Shown here: positions 25,461 to 38,964 of the stretch, piece by piece
How the letters are laid out: each line of letters starts with the position of its first letter
Position numbering within the stretch: the stretch's first letter is position 1
NCBI GenBank assembly: GCA_038087875.1
Contig: CM075991.1
Location: 6,822,001 to 6,886,000, forward strand
Source: Malacoraja senta
Lineage: Eukaryota
Length of the DNA stretch: 64,000 nt
Reading direction: 5' to 3'
Program-made: the position numbers and the translations under genes
The notes under the pieces: model-generated
What the model saw: only the letters and a program-made list of their open reading frames with translations
What the model was told of the DNA's origin: nothing
The model's database searches: none

Positions 25461-26240
25461 GTAAACAAGGAACTGCAGATGCTGGTTTACAAAAAAAGAC
25501 ATAAGATGCTGGAGTAATACGGTGGGTCGGGCAGCATTTCTGGAAAACATGGTTAGGTGACGTTTCGAGTCGGGACCCTTCTTCAGACTTTGGGGGCGGG
25601 GGGTGGGTGGGGAAAGAAAGATGGAAAAGAGATGGGGGCAGGCCAAAGCCTGGCAAGTGATAAGTTGGATGTAGATGAGGAGGCATTTTTGGAAGGCACA
25701 TGGTTGGATAAAAGCCAGAGGTGAAAAGGTAAGGATTACAGAGTTGTGAATTGTGAAGCCGGAGGAAAGAATGTAGGTGGAAGGGGAGGGAAGAGAAGAA
25801 ATATGTGCAAGTCCAGGTGGGGCACAGGGAAGAGAGAGGGGAAACTAAAAGGGGGTGGAAGAAGGAGGTGGTTGGTTAGTAACGGTGGCGCAGCGGTAGA
25901 ATTGCTGCCTTACAGCACTTGCAGCACCAGAGACCCGGGTTCGACCCCGACTACGGGTGCTGTCTGTACGGAGTTTGTACGTTCTCCCCGTGACAGCGTG
26001 GGTTTCCTCCGAGATCTTCGGTTTCCTCCCACACTCCAAAGACGTACAGGTATGTAGGTTAATAGGCTTGGCATATGTGTAAAAAAATCGTCCCTAGTAT
26101 GTGTAGGATAGTGTTAATGTGCGTGGATCATTGGTCGGCGCAGACCCGGTGGGCCGAAGGGCCTGTTTCTGTGCTGTATCTCTAAACTAAACTAAACCAT
26201 AAATTGGAGAATTTAATGTTCATACTGTCAGGTAAGATAC
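25461..26240 (-). mobile_element. Penelope-like element 3' end, interrupted by a V-SINE
   Basis: Terminal arm with hammerhead core at 25559-25586 (minus), purine-rich 3'UTR complement, resumes as aaattggagaatttaatgttcatac after the SINE. Confidence 0.7.
25878..26198 (+). mobile_element. tRNA-derived V-SINE (HE1-like), full length
   Basis: A box TGGCGCAGCGG, B box GGTTCGACCCC, V-domain gagtttgtacgttctccccg...ggtttcctcccac, CR1-like 3' end gggccgaagggcctgttt, (CTAAA)n tail. Confidence 0.9.
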
Positions 26241-26761
26241 TTAATGTATTTGTGGACACATGTATAACTGAACTATTGACTATTGTAGAGTAAAGTGAAT
26301 TAGAATCTAATTAGTGAGAGAAAACTTGATAGATTGTTGATTTCTTGTAAATCACCGACTGTAACCTTTGGGTAGTAGTTGCTGTTGAGGTTTATATTGT
26401 CAGTCAGGAAATTATTAGCTTTCTCTTCTAATAGAACGATCACTTTCATGTGAGATAAAGAAACAGAATGATTTAAAAATGATTTTAAAATATGTTTATT
26501 AATTAAGATGACACAGTTGCAGATTTATTTAATTGCTGGACTTAGTCAAGGATGATATGCTTTGTTCAGAGCATAACATGAGTTGTTTTGTCAATTTTTC
26601 TCCTCTTCCTGACCAACTGCATTATTGTTCCATGCAGCATTACCCCTAAGACTTGTTACCATTTCTATTCCGTTGTCCAAATAGTTATTCAGTATGTATG
26701 AGCTTGGACAGGATGGCAGAATAATGTTTGACTAGCCTTATCATCACAATCAAATTGTTAA

Positions 26762-26995
26762 CTTTTTCACACCAAAGGGTGGTGGGTGTATGGAACAAGC
26801 TGCCAGAGGAGGTAGATGAGGCAGGGACTATCCCAATGTTTAAGAAACGGTTAGACTGGTACATGGATAGGACAGGTTTGGAGGGATATGGGCCAAATGC
26901 AGGCAGGTGGGACTAGTGTAGCTGGGACATGTTGGCCGTTGTGGGTAAGATGGGCCGAAGGGCCTGTTTCCATGCTGTATGACTCTTTGACTCTA
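26762..26995 (+). mobile_element. CR1 3' end (family sharing its tail with the V-SINEs)
   Basis: RVVGVWNKLPEEV...RLDWYMD; gggccgaagggcctgtttcc. Confidence 0.85.
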
Positions 26996-27267
26996 AAGCT
27001 AATCTTTATCTTGCTCTGTGCCCATTCATGAATAGTTTCTACCAGACAATTATTTTGCTTCCTCACTTCAGTTCAGGGACGGAGGGTGTTCATAACATGC
27101 TAACTGCAATGACACAGCTCTGAATGTCAGCTGTGGACCAATTACTATTACTCTAGCCCTAAAGAGACACAAAATAATGTAGCTGGTGGAATCTGGACCA
27201 AAAGACAAACTGTTGGGGGAACTTCTGCACTCTGTCCACAACTTGAGCTTTTGGTTATTTATCATTC

Positions 27268-27965
27268 AACTTCCCTTCTCATTCCCACACTGACTTGCTG
27301 TCCTTGACCTTCTCCACTGCCTCGATGAGGCCAAACGCAAACTAGAAGAACAATACTTCATATTCCACTTGGATAGCCTACAACCCTAAGGTATGGAATT
27401 GAATTTTCCAATATTAGGTAATCCATACTCCTTGTGTTCATCGTCCACTTCAATGGTTCTCAGGTTCAATGGTTCATTCAATGGGCCACTTTAATGGTTC
27501 TCCACTTTACTGGTTCCACTTAGGTTATCTCTAACTTTGTTCTCCTTTTCCATTGCCCTATCTGTTATCTTGACTCTTTACCCTTCCCCACCGTATTTTG
27601 TGTGCCCATCACCCATTCACGTTTCCATTTGGATTTCTTTAGTCTTGTCCAAATCCACAATCCCTCATTGCAATCCCTTCCCCCATCTGATCCCATCTGG
27701 TTCCATCTTCTCACCATCCTTCCCCAGTCTGGTACCATATTACATTCCAGCCTCTGTCTCAAAACTCCTCCCTCTCTGTCCCCGGCTTCCTTTTTGCCAA
27801 TCGTCATGTCACCAGGTTCCACCTCCCACCTATCAGCCCCTGACACACACTTCTTTATACTGTCTATCGGTCCTGATGAAGGGTCCTGACCTGAAACGGC
27901 CACCATTCCTTTGCCTCCACAAATGCTACTGAACCCACTGAGTTCCTCTTGCAATTTGTCTTTTG
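27268..27965 (+). mobile_element. Decayed Penelope-like element 3' portion
   Basis: EAKRKLEEQYFIFHLDSLQP-like ORF end, pyrimidine-rich UTR, CTGATGA..GAAAC motif at ~27873. Confidence 0.7.
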
Positions 27966-28259
27966 ACCTGCCCTGCCGATTATGGTCCAACTTCCATTCC
28001 AGGGACCTAAGCACAAAAATCCAGGTTGATTTTCTAGGACAGTACGAAGGGGACTGCTGCTCAGGAAGGGATGATGTTTCCTGTTTGAGAAGTCCATTTC
28101 CTCTTCCAGATAGTTTAAAATGAAGCAAGGCACCATTTTCGAGAAGAGAATAAAGGCATTCAAGAGTCAAGTCAAGAGTGTTTTATTGTCATACGTCCCA
28201 AAACAGAACAATTAAATTCTTACTTGCAGCAGCACAACAGATATGCAAACATAGTCCTG

Positions 28260-28430
28260 ATGTCACGGACAATTTTTATTGTGACATATCACATTGCTCT
28301 TTGTGAAACCCAGTCGTGAGCAAATTAGCTGCTGCGTTCCTTACTGTCGCATTTTGACAATATCTGAAACATTGGCTGTGTATAGAGCACTAATACTGAA
28401 AATGCCGCATGAATGAAACTCTTTCCTTCA
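28260..28430 (+). mobile_element. Deu-domain SINE (SacSINE-like) 3' remnant
   Basis: tatcacattgct...gcaaattagctgctgcgttcc resembles the DeuSINE 3' region as recalled. Confidence 0.45.
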
Positions 28431-31059
28431 TTTACCAAGTCCTCAGATACTTCACTGGAACGTTTTCAAACAGATTTTGACAGAGACATGCATTTATTTT
28501 AACAAGATGTCATAAGACACTTCAAAACAAATCCGTATCAATAATATCTCTTACCACTGAGGCATCGGAGGATGTGTTAGTACACATGTCCAACAGCATT
28601 AACAAGGTTTGAAAGAGTGCTGTAAAGTTGAGAGGGTGATACAGTTTAGGGGGTAAATTCCAAAGCTGCCAATGATGCTACGATTAAAATTGGGAATGCT
28701 CAAGATGCCAGGGGTGTGGAGATCTCAAACACTTGTTTGGCTGGGGGAGGTACAGAAATAGAGAAGGCCGTGAAGGAATGATTTTAAGATTGAGTCGTCA
28801 TGGGACCGGGACCTAATATGGGTCAGCAGGCACAAGGGATGATGGATGGTGCAAGAATTTCGGGATGACTGTAGGTTATGTATTGTGAAAGATGGGAGGA
28901 GAGTCAGGAGTGTACTGCAATTATACGGTCCAGAGAAATAGGTGAGCGTTTCTGCAGCAGTCAAGTGAGAAAGGGCTAGAGTCAGACAAGCAGTGGAAGT
29001 ACTGCTCCAAATGAGACCAGCTAACACAGCACAGATTGAGGATGGAAACAGGGATGATGAATGTGGTTAATGAGTGGCTGAATATTTCAGGCAGTTCACT
29101 ACTATGAACTTTGGGATTCATTAATATACATATGTTGAAAAGCATACCGAATTCCAAAAGTTTATTATGTTTGGTAATGGTCTTTAAAAAAAGTACAAGT
29201 AAGGAACATAATCATTGATTCAGCTATTTCAACTTTGTGCGTGCAGTAGAAATGATTTAAAGAGAGCTCAGATGAATCAATGCAGCTGCTGTGCAGTCAT
29301 CTGGTGATATCCCGCATGGCCTGGGTCTGCAGGACCCAAGAACACGACTTTCAGTGAAGTTATCTGTGAAGCATTAACGAACAGGAGGGTGTCGTGCATG
29401 GTGGGTTGAAGCAGAAATTGGAATAATTGATTAAAAGCAAAAACAGCTGTCCAGAAAAAATCTTCAAATTGGGAGAAGTGTCAGTGGAATGACTCCAGCC
29501 TGTGCAGCAAAACCAGCTATTTGTTGAGATAGTGCCTCAATATAGTCACAGCAACGTTACCAAACACAAGTTGCCACCAATGCCCCGAAGGAGGTTAGAG
29601 CAGGTGATCATAAGTGCTCTTAGATGCAGGTTTGAATTTACATCTGCAGGTAAGTGACAGGGGAAGTTTTAAGATTTATATAGGTTCACAAAAGGCACTG
29701 TGAAACTTGTGGATTTGGCCGTCAGTAAAGGGCCAGCTGCCAATGCTTCCAAGATAAAGACAATTCGTAATATTATTGGAATCACTGTATCATCTATTGG
29801 AACTAATGAATTATTCCCAGGAACTCAATTCTGTTCCTCTACCATTTATTCTGAAATACCTTAAACCTTACAACCACCTGCTTCAGTGTTTAATCACCGA
29901 TATTGTCTTCTCTCTTTATATATATTGTCTTCTCTCTTTATATATTGCATTATATATTTTGAAAAACATAATGAATACTTGTTGATTTACCCTACGTTTA
30001 ATATTATTCCATTAGAAAAAGGCATGTGTATAATATCATTTATTAGGAGTTTGTTCACTCAAAATCCTTCATAGACAATAAAAAAACAGCATATGCATTT
30101 AAGTGACTTGATCCATCAAGCTAGGGAATAGTAATTTCATTCTAATAATGATAGAAACAAGTACTGAAGAAACTGATGAGTAGCTGAATTGGAACTTCCG
30201 GAGAAGTAGAATTTTTATGTCCAAAAAACGAAATATTTTCCTTCAAAATCTTAATGTTACGCTTTGGAAAATTACACACAGAATTGTTTCCATAATTTTG
30301 CTGAATGCTTTTGCCAGTAATTGTGCCACGTCATTACATTGAAGATTGCATCGCGGGAAAATTGTCGGCATGTTGACGATTCTTTGTGTGCCAGTGTTTT
30401 ATTTATTTTGTGGATATGTTATTCCCATGTCCAACGCAAATTTACTCTGACAAGTCGTATTGGTTCGAAAGAGTCTTTTAGATCCACAAATAATTAAGGT
30501 GATGAACATGGTACGACTATATCCTTTTATGTCCTTCTGAGTTTGCACAAACTCAAATACATTTCTCTAGAAATTGGAATTGGAGCTGTTCCCAGAAATT
30601 TACCATTTGTTATCCTAGGTTCAAGCGTACAAATACCATTCAAGAGTCACTATTCCGATCTTCAGAAACTGAGACAATCTCATTTTGCAAAAATAAGAAC
30701 CAAATGTAAATTAAATCAAATATATAACCGGATTTAAATCCTGTTAATCTAAGGCACAACATTTGAGTGATTCAAAAGGAAACATATCTTTCATATACAT
30801 CTTTGTCTAACTTTTGACATGCCTATCTTGCATTTCCAGAATGTTTATAACTATTCATCTCTCTACCATTTATATTTTGTTTTCTGAATGTTGACGACCC
30901 GTTTTCTCAATTTTGGATTTGCTGTGCTGAAATATTTGGTTGATTTCATCCATGCTATGTTTTTCCTCTTCATCTTACCACATGAATCAAATCTTCTGTT
31001 CTTTCCTTGGCTATATGTTCATCAATTATCCCTTTACATGCATCGATTGTCCTCTTACG

Positions 31060-31260
31060 ACACAGTGGCGCAGCGGTCGAGTTGCTGCCTCACAGCACCA
31101 GAGACCCGGGTTCGATCCTGACTTGGGGTGCTGTCTGTGTGGAGTTTGTATGTTCTCCCTGTAACTGTCTGGGTTTTCTCTGGGTGTTCCGGTTTCCTCC
31201 CACATTCCAAAGTTTGGCAAGTTTGCAGGTTAATTGGCCTCTGAAAACTGCCCCGAGTGT
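31060..31260 (+). mobile_element. V-SINE
   Basis: A/B boxes and V-domain. Confidence 0.85.
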
Positions 31261-31289
31261 ATAGCTAGGGGCTAAGTATCCTTTAAGGC

Positions 31290-31610
31290 TTTAGTTATTG
31301 GACCCATAACCAGAGGCTTGGATTGTTGTTCATTTAAACGACAATGGTTGGGAAATTTAAAGTAATTAAATATAATCTGGAATATAAATCTGGCATAAGG
31401 TTTTCATGACTACAACATTACCAGCTATTGGTTTCAACTGATTTGGTTCAAGAATGGTCTTTTGGGAATTGATTCTTTCATTCTTACTTAATGCAGTCTA
31501 TCTATGATATCACATCCACTCGTATTTCCACTTAACTGCACTTTAGAATTGTCAATGACCCATTGCTAAGGAGGCATTTTGGATTGGTGTGGTCAGTAAT
31601 ATCCACGTTT
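31290..31610 (+). mobile_element. Old chondrichthyan tRNA-SINE family (other copies ~43500-44190, 45180-46030 and 60970-61270, all minus)
   Basis: Copies share ccagaggc...gaaatttaaa...aatctggaa...ggttca...ttaactgc text; family not named with confidence. Confidence 0.45.
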
Positions 31611-31996
31611 TATAAACCATCATAAAAAGTAAAATCCTGCACAATTCAAGCTTCTGTGAAAATATGGCTTGTTTAAAAACACCCCAGATCTTTGAGTAGA
31701 CTGAATATTAAGATAACTCTTTTGGGAACAGATGCTGTTTGGAATATCTTATTAAGAAACTGACTACCGCAATATATCTAGCAACTCATTCTGTGTATGT
31801 TTTAAAGCTTACTTTACCTATTTATAATCAAATTTATTCAGTTCATGGATTGACCCCGTCATTAGAAATGCTTATTTTTTAATGATAAATCAATTTTTTT
31901 GCTTTATTTGTCAAATATAAGGCAATATTTTTGAAGCCATTTAAAAATGAATATTATAATAATGCCTTATTATATTAATTCTAATTATATTAATTT

Positions 31997-32313
31997 GGGC
32001 GGTAATGTGGAGCAGCAGTAGAGTTGCTGTCTTATAATGCTTACAGCACCACAAACCTGGGTTCGATCCCGACTACGGGTGCTGTCTGTACGGAGTTTGT
32101 ACGTTCGCCCTGTGACCTGCATGGGTTTTCTCCGAGATCTTCGGTATCCGAAGATGTACTGGTTTGTAGGTTAATTGGCTTGGTATAAATGTAAATTGTC
32201 CCTTGTGTGTGGAGGATAGTGTTAATGTGCGGGGATCGCTGGTCGGTCCGGACTCGATGGGCTGAAGAGCCTGTTGCCGCGCTGTACTTCCAAACTAAAC
32301 TAAACTAAACTAA
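31997..32313 (+). mobile_element. V-SINE, full length
   Basis: B box GGTTCGATCCC, V-domain, (CTAAA)n tail. Confidence 0.88.
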
Positions 32314-33304
32314 ATTCATATTGGATTTTATATTCAGCAATGAATTTGAACAGAAAACCCACTTGAAAAATAATACTTCAAAATGGCACAGGGTTGTACT
32401 CTGACAATTGAACCCAATATGGAAATTCAACACCATTCCTGACTAACCTTCCCGACAGTGTTTACGACTTGTACTAATATTATATATGTGAGGGTAAAAT
32501 AAATCCCTTTTACAGGTTAGTTATGTAAGGTTATAATTTAGAGTGCAGATGAATCTTTCTGAGTGACAGCCTCTGTTTTCTGTAACATCAGTGATCTTAA
32601 GACTCCTCTTATTTAAACTATGGTGCAGGTGCCCAGGAAAGTCAACAGAATGCCTACAAGCAAAGTAAGCTCGATCTTTTTTTCCCAAACAAATTGTAGT
32701 CGGATTGTAACTGGCAGGAAACAAGAAGTTATGAAAATCTCATTACTGAAAGGTTTTGCAGTTGCAAATCTGGGAGAGTAGAAAGTCTCTCAGCTGCTGC
32801 TGCCAGTCACTTCTGAGCAGCTGTTTGTGGTTTCCTGCGCTGTCCCAGAGGAGCGCGGAGACACATAACTTACACCTGTCGACAAACTACACCAATTTCT
32901 GCTGAAGCATTTACTGTAGTCCACCTTTCAGATCCGGTTGGGGCAAGATACTTAGCTCTTTGATTAATATATTTGTTATCGTCCTGAGAAAATTCCACAC
33001 ATTCAGCAGTGGTTCCTGTTCTCAAGATTGACATTCTGAAGGTACACAGGCACAGCATGGGTTCGTTGAGCTTGGTATGGGACATGATTCCTTCTCGTTT
33101 ATGTCTCAGTTCTGTTTTAAGTAACACCTCTATCTGGACGCACTTTCATTTATTGGACGATTCTAAGGCCACTGCTCATTGACTCCCAGATATGTTTTGA
33201 CCATTGAACCATATAGCACGAAAATAGAAAATCCACTCTGACCATTTATACTTATCCCACCTCAATCCCATTTTTTATTTTCCTCACATTCCCATCAACC
33301 CAAT

Positions 33305-33655
33305 AGTCAAGAGTATTTTATTGTCATATGTCCCGGAACAGAACAATTAAATCCTTATTTGCAGCAGCACATCATGTTTGTAAACACAGTATTCAATAAA
33401 TAATGCAATGAGCAAACGCAAAAAGTTCAATAAGAAAAAAACAATATAGTGCAAAAGCAAAACTAAGCCCAAATTCCCTAGTGCAACCTAGGTAGTTCAT
33501 AGTTTGTAGTTTAATAGCCTGGTGGCTGTTGAAAGAAAGCTGCTCCTGAACCTGGACATTACAGCTTCTTCTCAATGGCAGGAATGAAATGAGAGTGTTG
33601 ATGATGCAGGCTACCTTTTTGAGACAACGGCTCTTATACTGTAGATCCCTTCTCT
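33305..33655 (-). mobile_element. Rex1-type 3' fragment
   Basis: ttttattgtcatatgtccc...aacaat tail (also near 28170 and 52180) and decayed ORF end. Confidence 0.55.
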
Positions 33656-34724
33656 GCAGTATAAAACTAAAGGATGTTGTCTCACGATAGAATGTCTGAG
33701 ATGAGGAGAAATAAGACCATAAGACATAGGAGCAGAATTAGACCATTTGGCCAATCGATTCTGCTCCACCATTTGATAACGGCAGATGATATTTTCCCTC
33801 TCAACCCTTTCCCCATAACCTTTGATGCCCTTACTAATCAAGAACCTATCAATCTCCATTTAAAAAATACCCAATCACCTGGCCTGACCAATGAACGAGG
33901 CACAGAACAAACAATAATCTTGCTGAATGGCAAAGCATGCTGGAGAAGCTGCGCAGTTTTTTCCTCACTTAGGTTCCTACTGCTACAATGATGAATAAAG
34001 GGCAAACACACTGAAAAGAAGAGATACAGCAACACGTTTGATTAAGTATTCTCTGCCATATTTTATAGGTCCTGAACATGTCACCTCCTTTTAGAATTTA
34101 CGGAAACACAAGGAATTGTAGATGCTGGCTTTCAAAAACAAAACACAAAGTGCTGGAGTAACTCAGTGGGTTAGGCATCATCTCTGAAGGACATGGATGG
34201 ACAACATTTCAGGTTGAGACCCTTCTGTAGACATATTAGGGTTCATATTGGGGACCCCCATTCCCACCATCCAGCTCTGCGCTAAGGAATACAAACCCAG
34301 CCTATCCAGTCTCGTTTTATAACCAAAACCCCATCCCTGTAGTGTGTCAACCAGAACTATAAGCAGTACTCCATCTGTGGCATAACCAATGCTTTGTAAA
34401 GTGGGGCCACAGCCTCCCCCTCTTATATCCAATGCACAGCCAATGAAGGCTGTTGTTTGCACGTCTTCCTCACCACCTTATTCACTTGTACTACCATCTT
34501 CATGGATCGTTGAACATTGAAAAATATATTTCTCATTGGATTCCTCAGGAGTCTCTCAGACTTCTTCTGGTCCAATTACAAAAAAATATGTTCCTGAAAA
34601 GGTGGATCACTATGAACAAAATTAGGTGCAGTAGTTAGTGCAGCTGCCACACAGTTGTGGTGGCCAGTGTTTGACTGTGTGGTGTTTCATTGTGATTATA
34701 TGGGTCTACTCCAATCCGGATGCC

Positions 34725-35430
34725 CCACCAGTCCTTCCAAGTAAGAAAGAGGTTTACATGTACCTCCTCCAACTTCATTTGCTGCATTCGGTGTTTCCCA
34801 ATGTTGGCTCCTGTACAACGACGAGACCACACGTAGATTTGGTGACCATTGCTCCGAACACAGGTGCTCGGTCCGCCAAGGCCTGCAGGATCTCCCGGTT
34901 GCTAATCATTCCCCTTCCCATTCCCATTCCCAGATTGACCTTTCTGGCCTGAGCTTCTTCCACTGCCTGAGTGAGGCCACAGGCAAACTGGAGGATCAGC
35001 ACCTCCAAATTAGCTTGGGGAGCTAACAAACCAATGTTATGAACATTGAATTCCCCAATTTTTGGTAACCTTTAACAACCTACCCCCTTCTCTTTTTCCC
35101 TCAACCCCCCCCCCTTCTCATCCCCCCATCCCTCCCCTATGCCTCACTGAGACTTGTGGCTATTTCTCTCCTCCTTCATTCCTTCATCTGTCTGCACAAT
35201 TTGCAGCTCTTCAATCTGTCTGCCTCACTCTGCTTTAATCTCCATTCTTTCTTCCAACCATCTGCCTATCTACATACCAGGCGTTGTCCTGCCTCTCCTC
35301 TCTTCCAGCTTTCTTCTACCCCCCCACAATTAGTGTGAAGAAAGTTCCTAACCCGAAACATCAACTATCCACGTTCTCCGGAGATGCTGTTTGATCCGCT
35401 GAATTACAACAGTACTTTGTGTCCTACTTC
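34725..35430 (+). mobile_element. Decayed Penelope-like element with GIY-YIG remnant and terminal arm
   Basis: QSFQVRKRFTCTSSNFICCIRC parallels the 63329-63763 ORF; ends in a hammerhead-derived arm. Confidence 0.8.
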
Positions 35431-35529
35431 AGTTATCTCGTACATTATGAAGATGTGTTGGTAGGTTAACTGGCTGTAGTTATTTTCCCTTTGTGTCATT
35501 GGCACGAGATTCAAAGGTGAGCTTAGACA

Positions 35530-35838
35530 TTAAACTTTAGAGATACACTGCGGAAACAGGTTCTCCGGCCCACTGAGTCCGCACCAACCAGTGATTACCT
35601 CATACACTAGTGCTATCCTATATTCTAGTCTTGGCATCTTTTACAATTTTACCAAAGCCAATTAACCTACAAACCAAAATGTCTTTGGAGTGTGGGAAGA
35701 AACCAGAGCAAACCGGAGCAAACTCACCCAGTCACAGGAAGTATGTACAAACTCTGTAGAGACAGCACCCGTAGTCAGGAACGAACCTGTGCCTCTGGTG
35801 CTGTAAGGCAGCAATTCTACCGCTGTGCCACTATGCCG
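35530..35838 (-). mobile_element. V-SINE
   Basis: Reverse-strand A box, V-domain and CR1-like tail. Confidence 0.85.
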
Positions 35839-36048
35839 CATTGATGAGCATTGATGAGAGATCAGGTTACAGTAAAAGAAATAGAGGAATGGAACTGATG
35901 TGAATTCTCTGAGACACTCCTTGTGCTGAATGGTCTCCTTCCATGTTTTAGAGCAAAACAAGAATATATATATGTTTTTAAGTAATATTTTTAGAAATAT
36001 TGAAACTTGTGATTTTCAATGCATTCACTCAAAATAGTGCCACATGTC

Positions 36049-38620
36049 AGATTCGGATTCAGATTCAACTTTATTGTCATTGTGCAGTGTACAGTACAGA
36101 GACAACGAAATGCAGTTAGCATCTCCCTAGAAGAGCGACATAAATATGAGCAATAAATAAATCTATTTACGTGCATACAGTCATAGTATTTTTCCTGGTG
36201 GGAGGAGTGTCTGGGGGGGGGGGGGGGGAGTGATTGGCAGTCACCAAGGTACAGTGTTGAGTAGTGTAACAGCCGCAGGGAAGAAGCTGTTCCTGGACCT
36301 GCTGGTCCGGCAACGGAGAGACCTGTAGCGCCTCCCGGATGGTAGGAGGGTAAACAATCTGTGGTTGGGGTGAGAGCAGTCCTTGGAGATGCTGAGCGCC
36401 CTTCGCAGACAACGCTTGCTTTGGACAGACTCAATGGAGGGGAGTGAGGAACCGGTGATGCATTGGGCAATTTTCACCACCCTCTGCAGTGCTTTCCGGT
36501 CAGAGACAGAGCAGTTGCCATCCCATACTGTGATACAGTTGGTAAGGATGCTCTCGATGGTGCAGCGGTAGAAGTTCACCAGAATCTGAGGAGACAGATG
36601 GACCTTCTTTAGTCTCCTCAGGTAGGAGAGATGCTGGTGAGCCTTCTTGACCAGAGTTGAGGTATTGTGGGTCCAAGAGAGGTCATCGGAGATATTGACC
36701 CCCAGGAACCTGAAGCTGGAAACATGTTCCACCTCCGTCCCGTTAATGTGGATGGGGGTGTGCATGCCGCCCCTAGACTTCCTGAAGTCTACAATGAGCT
36801 CCTTGGTCTTCTTGGAGTTAAGGGCCAGGTTGTTGTCAGCGCACCATGCTGCTAGGAGCTGGACCTCCTCCCTATAGGCCGACTCATCGTTGTTGCTGAT
36901 GAGGCCAATCACCGTTGTATCATCTGCATACTTGATGATGGTGTTAGTACCATGTACAGGTGTGCAGTCGTAGGTGAAGAGCGAGTAGAGGAGGGGGCTC
37001 AGCACACAGCCCTGTGGAACGCCGGTGTTCAGGGTGAGGGTTGAAGAGGTGTGCTTGTCTAACCTAACAGACTGGGGTCTGTTGGTTAGAAAGTCCAATA
37101 TCCAGTTGCAGAGGGAGGGGTCGATGCCCAGGTCACCGAGTTTGGTGATCAGTTTAGAGGGTATGATGGTGTTGAATGCTGAGCTGTAATCGATGAACAG
37201 CATTCTTACGTAAGTGTCTCTGTTGTCGAGGTGGGAGAGGGCGGAGTGAAGTGCCGTTGAGATGGCATCCTCCGTACTCCTGTTCTTGCGGTAGGCAAAC
37301 TGATAGGGATCCAACGTGGGGGGTAGGCAGCCTTTGAGGTGTACCAGGACCAGCCTCTCGAAGCACTTGGCGATAATGGGAGTAAGTGCAACTGGGCGGA
37401 AGTCGTTGAGGCTTGCCGCAGTGGAGTGTTTTGGCACCGGCACAATGGAGGTGGATTTAAGACACGTGGGCACAACTGCTTGGGCAAGTGACAGGTTGAA
37501 GATGTCAGTCCAGACGTCTGTCAGCTGCGCAGCACAGGCCCTGAGGACGCGCCCGGGGATGCAGTCAGGGCCAGCAGCCTTACGTGCATTAGTCCTACTC
37601 AGTGCCACGTACACGTCGTAGGGGGTTAGTGTGAGGGGCTGGTGATCGGCAGGGAGCACCGCCTTGATGGCCATCTCTAGATTGTCCCTGTCAAAGCGGC
37701 CATAGAAGTGGTTAAGCTCCTCAAGGAAGGAGGCGTTGCTGGATGTGGGGGTGGTGTTGGTGGGTCTAAAGTCCGTGATGGCCTGGATGCCTTGCCACAT
37801 GCGTCGGGGGTCGGAGTTGTTGTTGAAGTGCTCATCAATCCTGAGCTTATGGCAGTGCTTGGACTTCTTTATGCCCCTTTTCAGGTTAGCCCTGGATAAA
37901 CTGTAGGCTCGGGCATCGCCTGACCTGAAAGCGGTGTCCCGTGCTTTCAGCGGTAGCCTGACCTCGCTGTTCATCCATGGCTTCTGATTCGGGAATATGG
38001 TCACCCGTTTGAGGGAGGTGACACTGTTGATGGTGGAGTTTATAAAGTCCAGAACAGAGGATGTATAGGAGTCAATGTCCGTGTGGGAGTCAAGGGTGGC
38101 CTGGGCTGCAAACGCCTTCCAGTCAGTGTTTCCAAAACACTGCTGAAGTGTGGAGTCCGCCTCCTCTGACCAGACTTTAACTGTCCTCACAGTGGGTTTA
38201 ACCCGTCTGATGAGTGGGGAGTACTTTGGGAGCGGGAACAATGAGAGGTGATCAGACTGTCCAAGGTGGGGGAGGGGGACGGCTTTGTAAGCTTCAGCCA
38301 TGTTAGTGTAAACTTTATCCAGTGTCTTGTCTTCTCTAGTGGCGAAGGAGACATGTTGGTGGAATTTGGGGAGTACAGTCTTCAGGTTGGAGTGATTGAA
38401 GTCACCCGCAACAATGAAGGCTGCCTCGGGGTTGTGAGTCTGTTGTTTGCTAATGGCAGTTTGCAGATCTTTCATTGGAAGCTTGGCATTAGCATCAGGA
38501 GGAATATAGGCTGCAGTCACAACAGTGGAGGTAAACTCTCTGGGCAGATAGAACGGTCTGCATCTAACCAAGAGGAACTCTAGGTTAGCTGAGCAGTGAC
38601 TCTCGATGATGTAGTGATCA
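36049..38620 (-). mobile_element. Rex1/Babar-clade LINE, 5'-truncated, uninterrupted ORF (APE C-terminus + RT)
   Basis: RPFYLPREF, AGDFN, SDH (APE); [31 protein letters not shown] (RT); LPSGRRYRS; (GAATCT)n-like tail. Confidence 0.95.
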
Positions 38621-38964
38621 CACGGCAAGATCTTACCCAGAATGTTAGCTATTAGCTGGTGAGTATGGAATCCTCCACCATAGACATTACCTAACACACT
38701 CTCGTTATTTCAAAATGAATTATACTGATGTACAAATAATTTGATAAAGGTCAAACGTGGAATGTGTTTCTGATTGTGAGCACAAATAGCTCAGTAATCT
38801 TTTGTGCATTCCCTATATATCATTATGTCCATCCATGTATACTTAGACGTGACCTTCACTTTGGTTCATTGAGACAAAGCTGTGTAAGGACATATTGCAT
38901 ACATATACAATTTGTCAGTGCTCTGTGCTTTCTGCTTCTTGGAAGCAGGCAGAGTATCATTCAT

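Noticed and set aside
25883..25950. tRNA genes at A/B-box motifs
   Set aside because: They are SINE heads followed by V-domains; no complete cloverleaf seen.
29641..29655. Perfect donor CAG|GTAAGT
   Set aside because: No convincing acceptor or ORF upstream.
38621..38697. N-terminal extension of the 818-aa Rex1 ORF
   Set aside because: Appears to be flanking DNA fortuitously in frame; non-ATG start; APE N-terminus missing.
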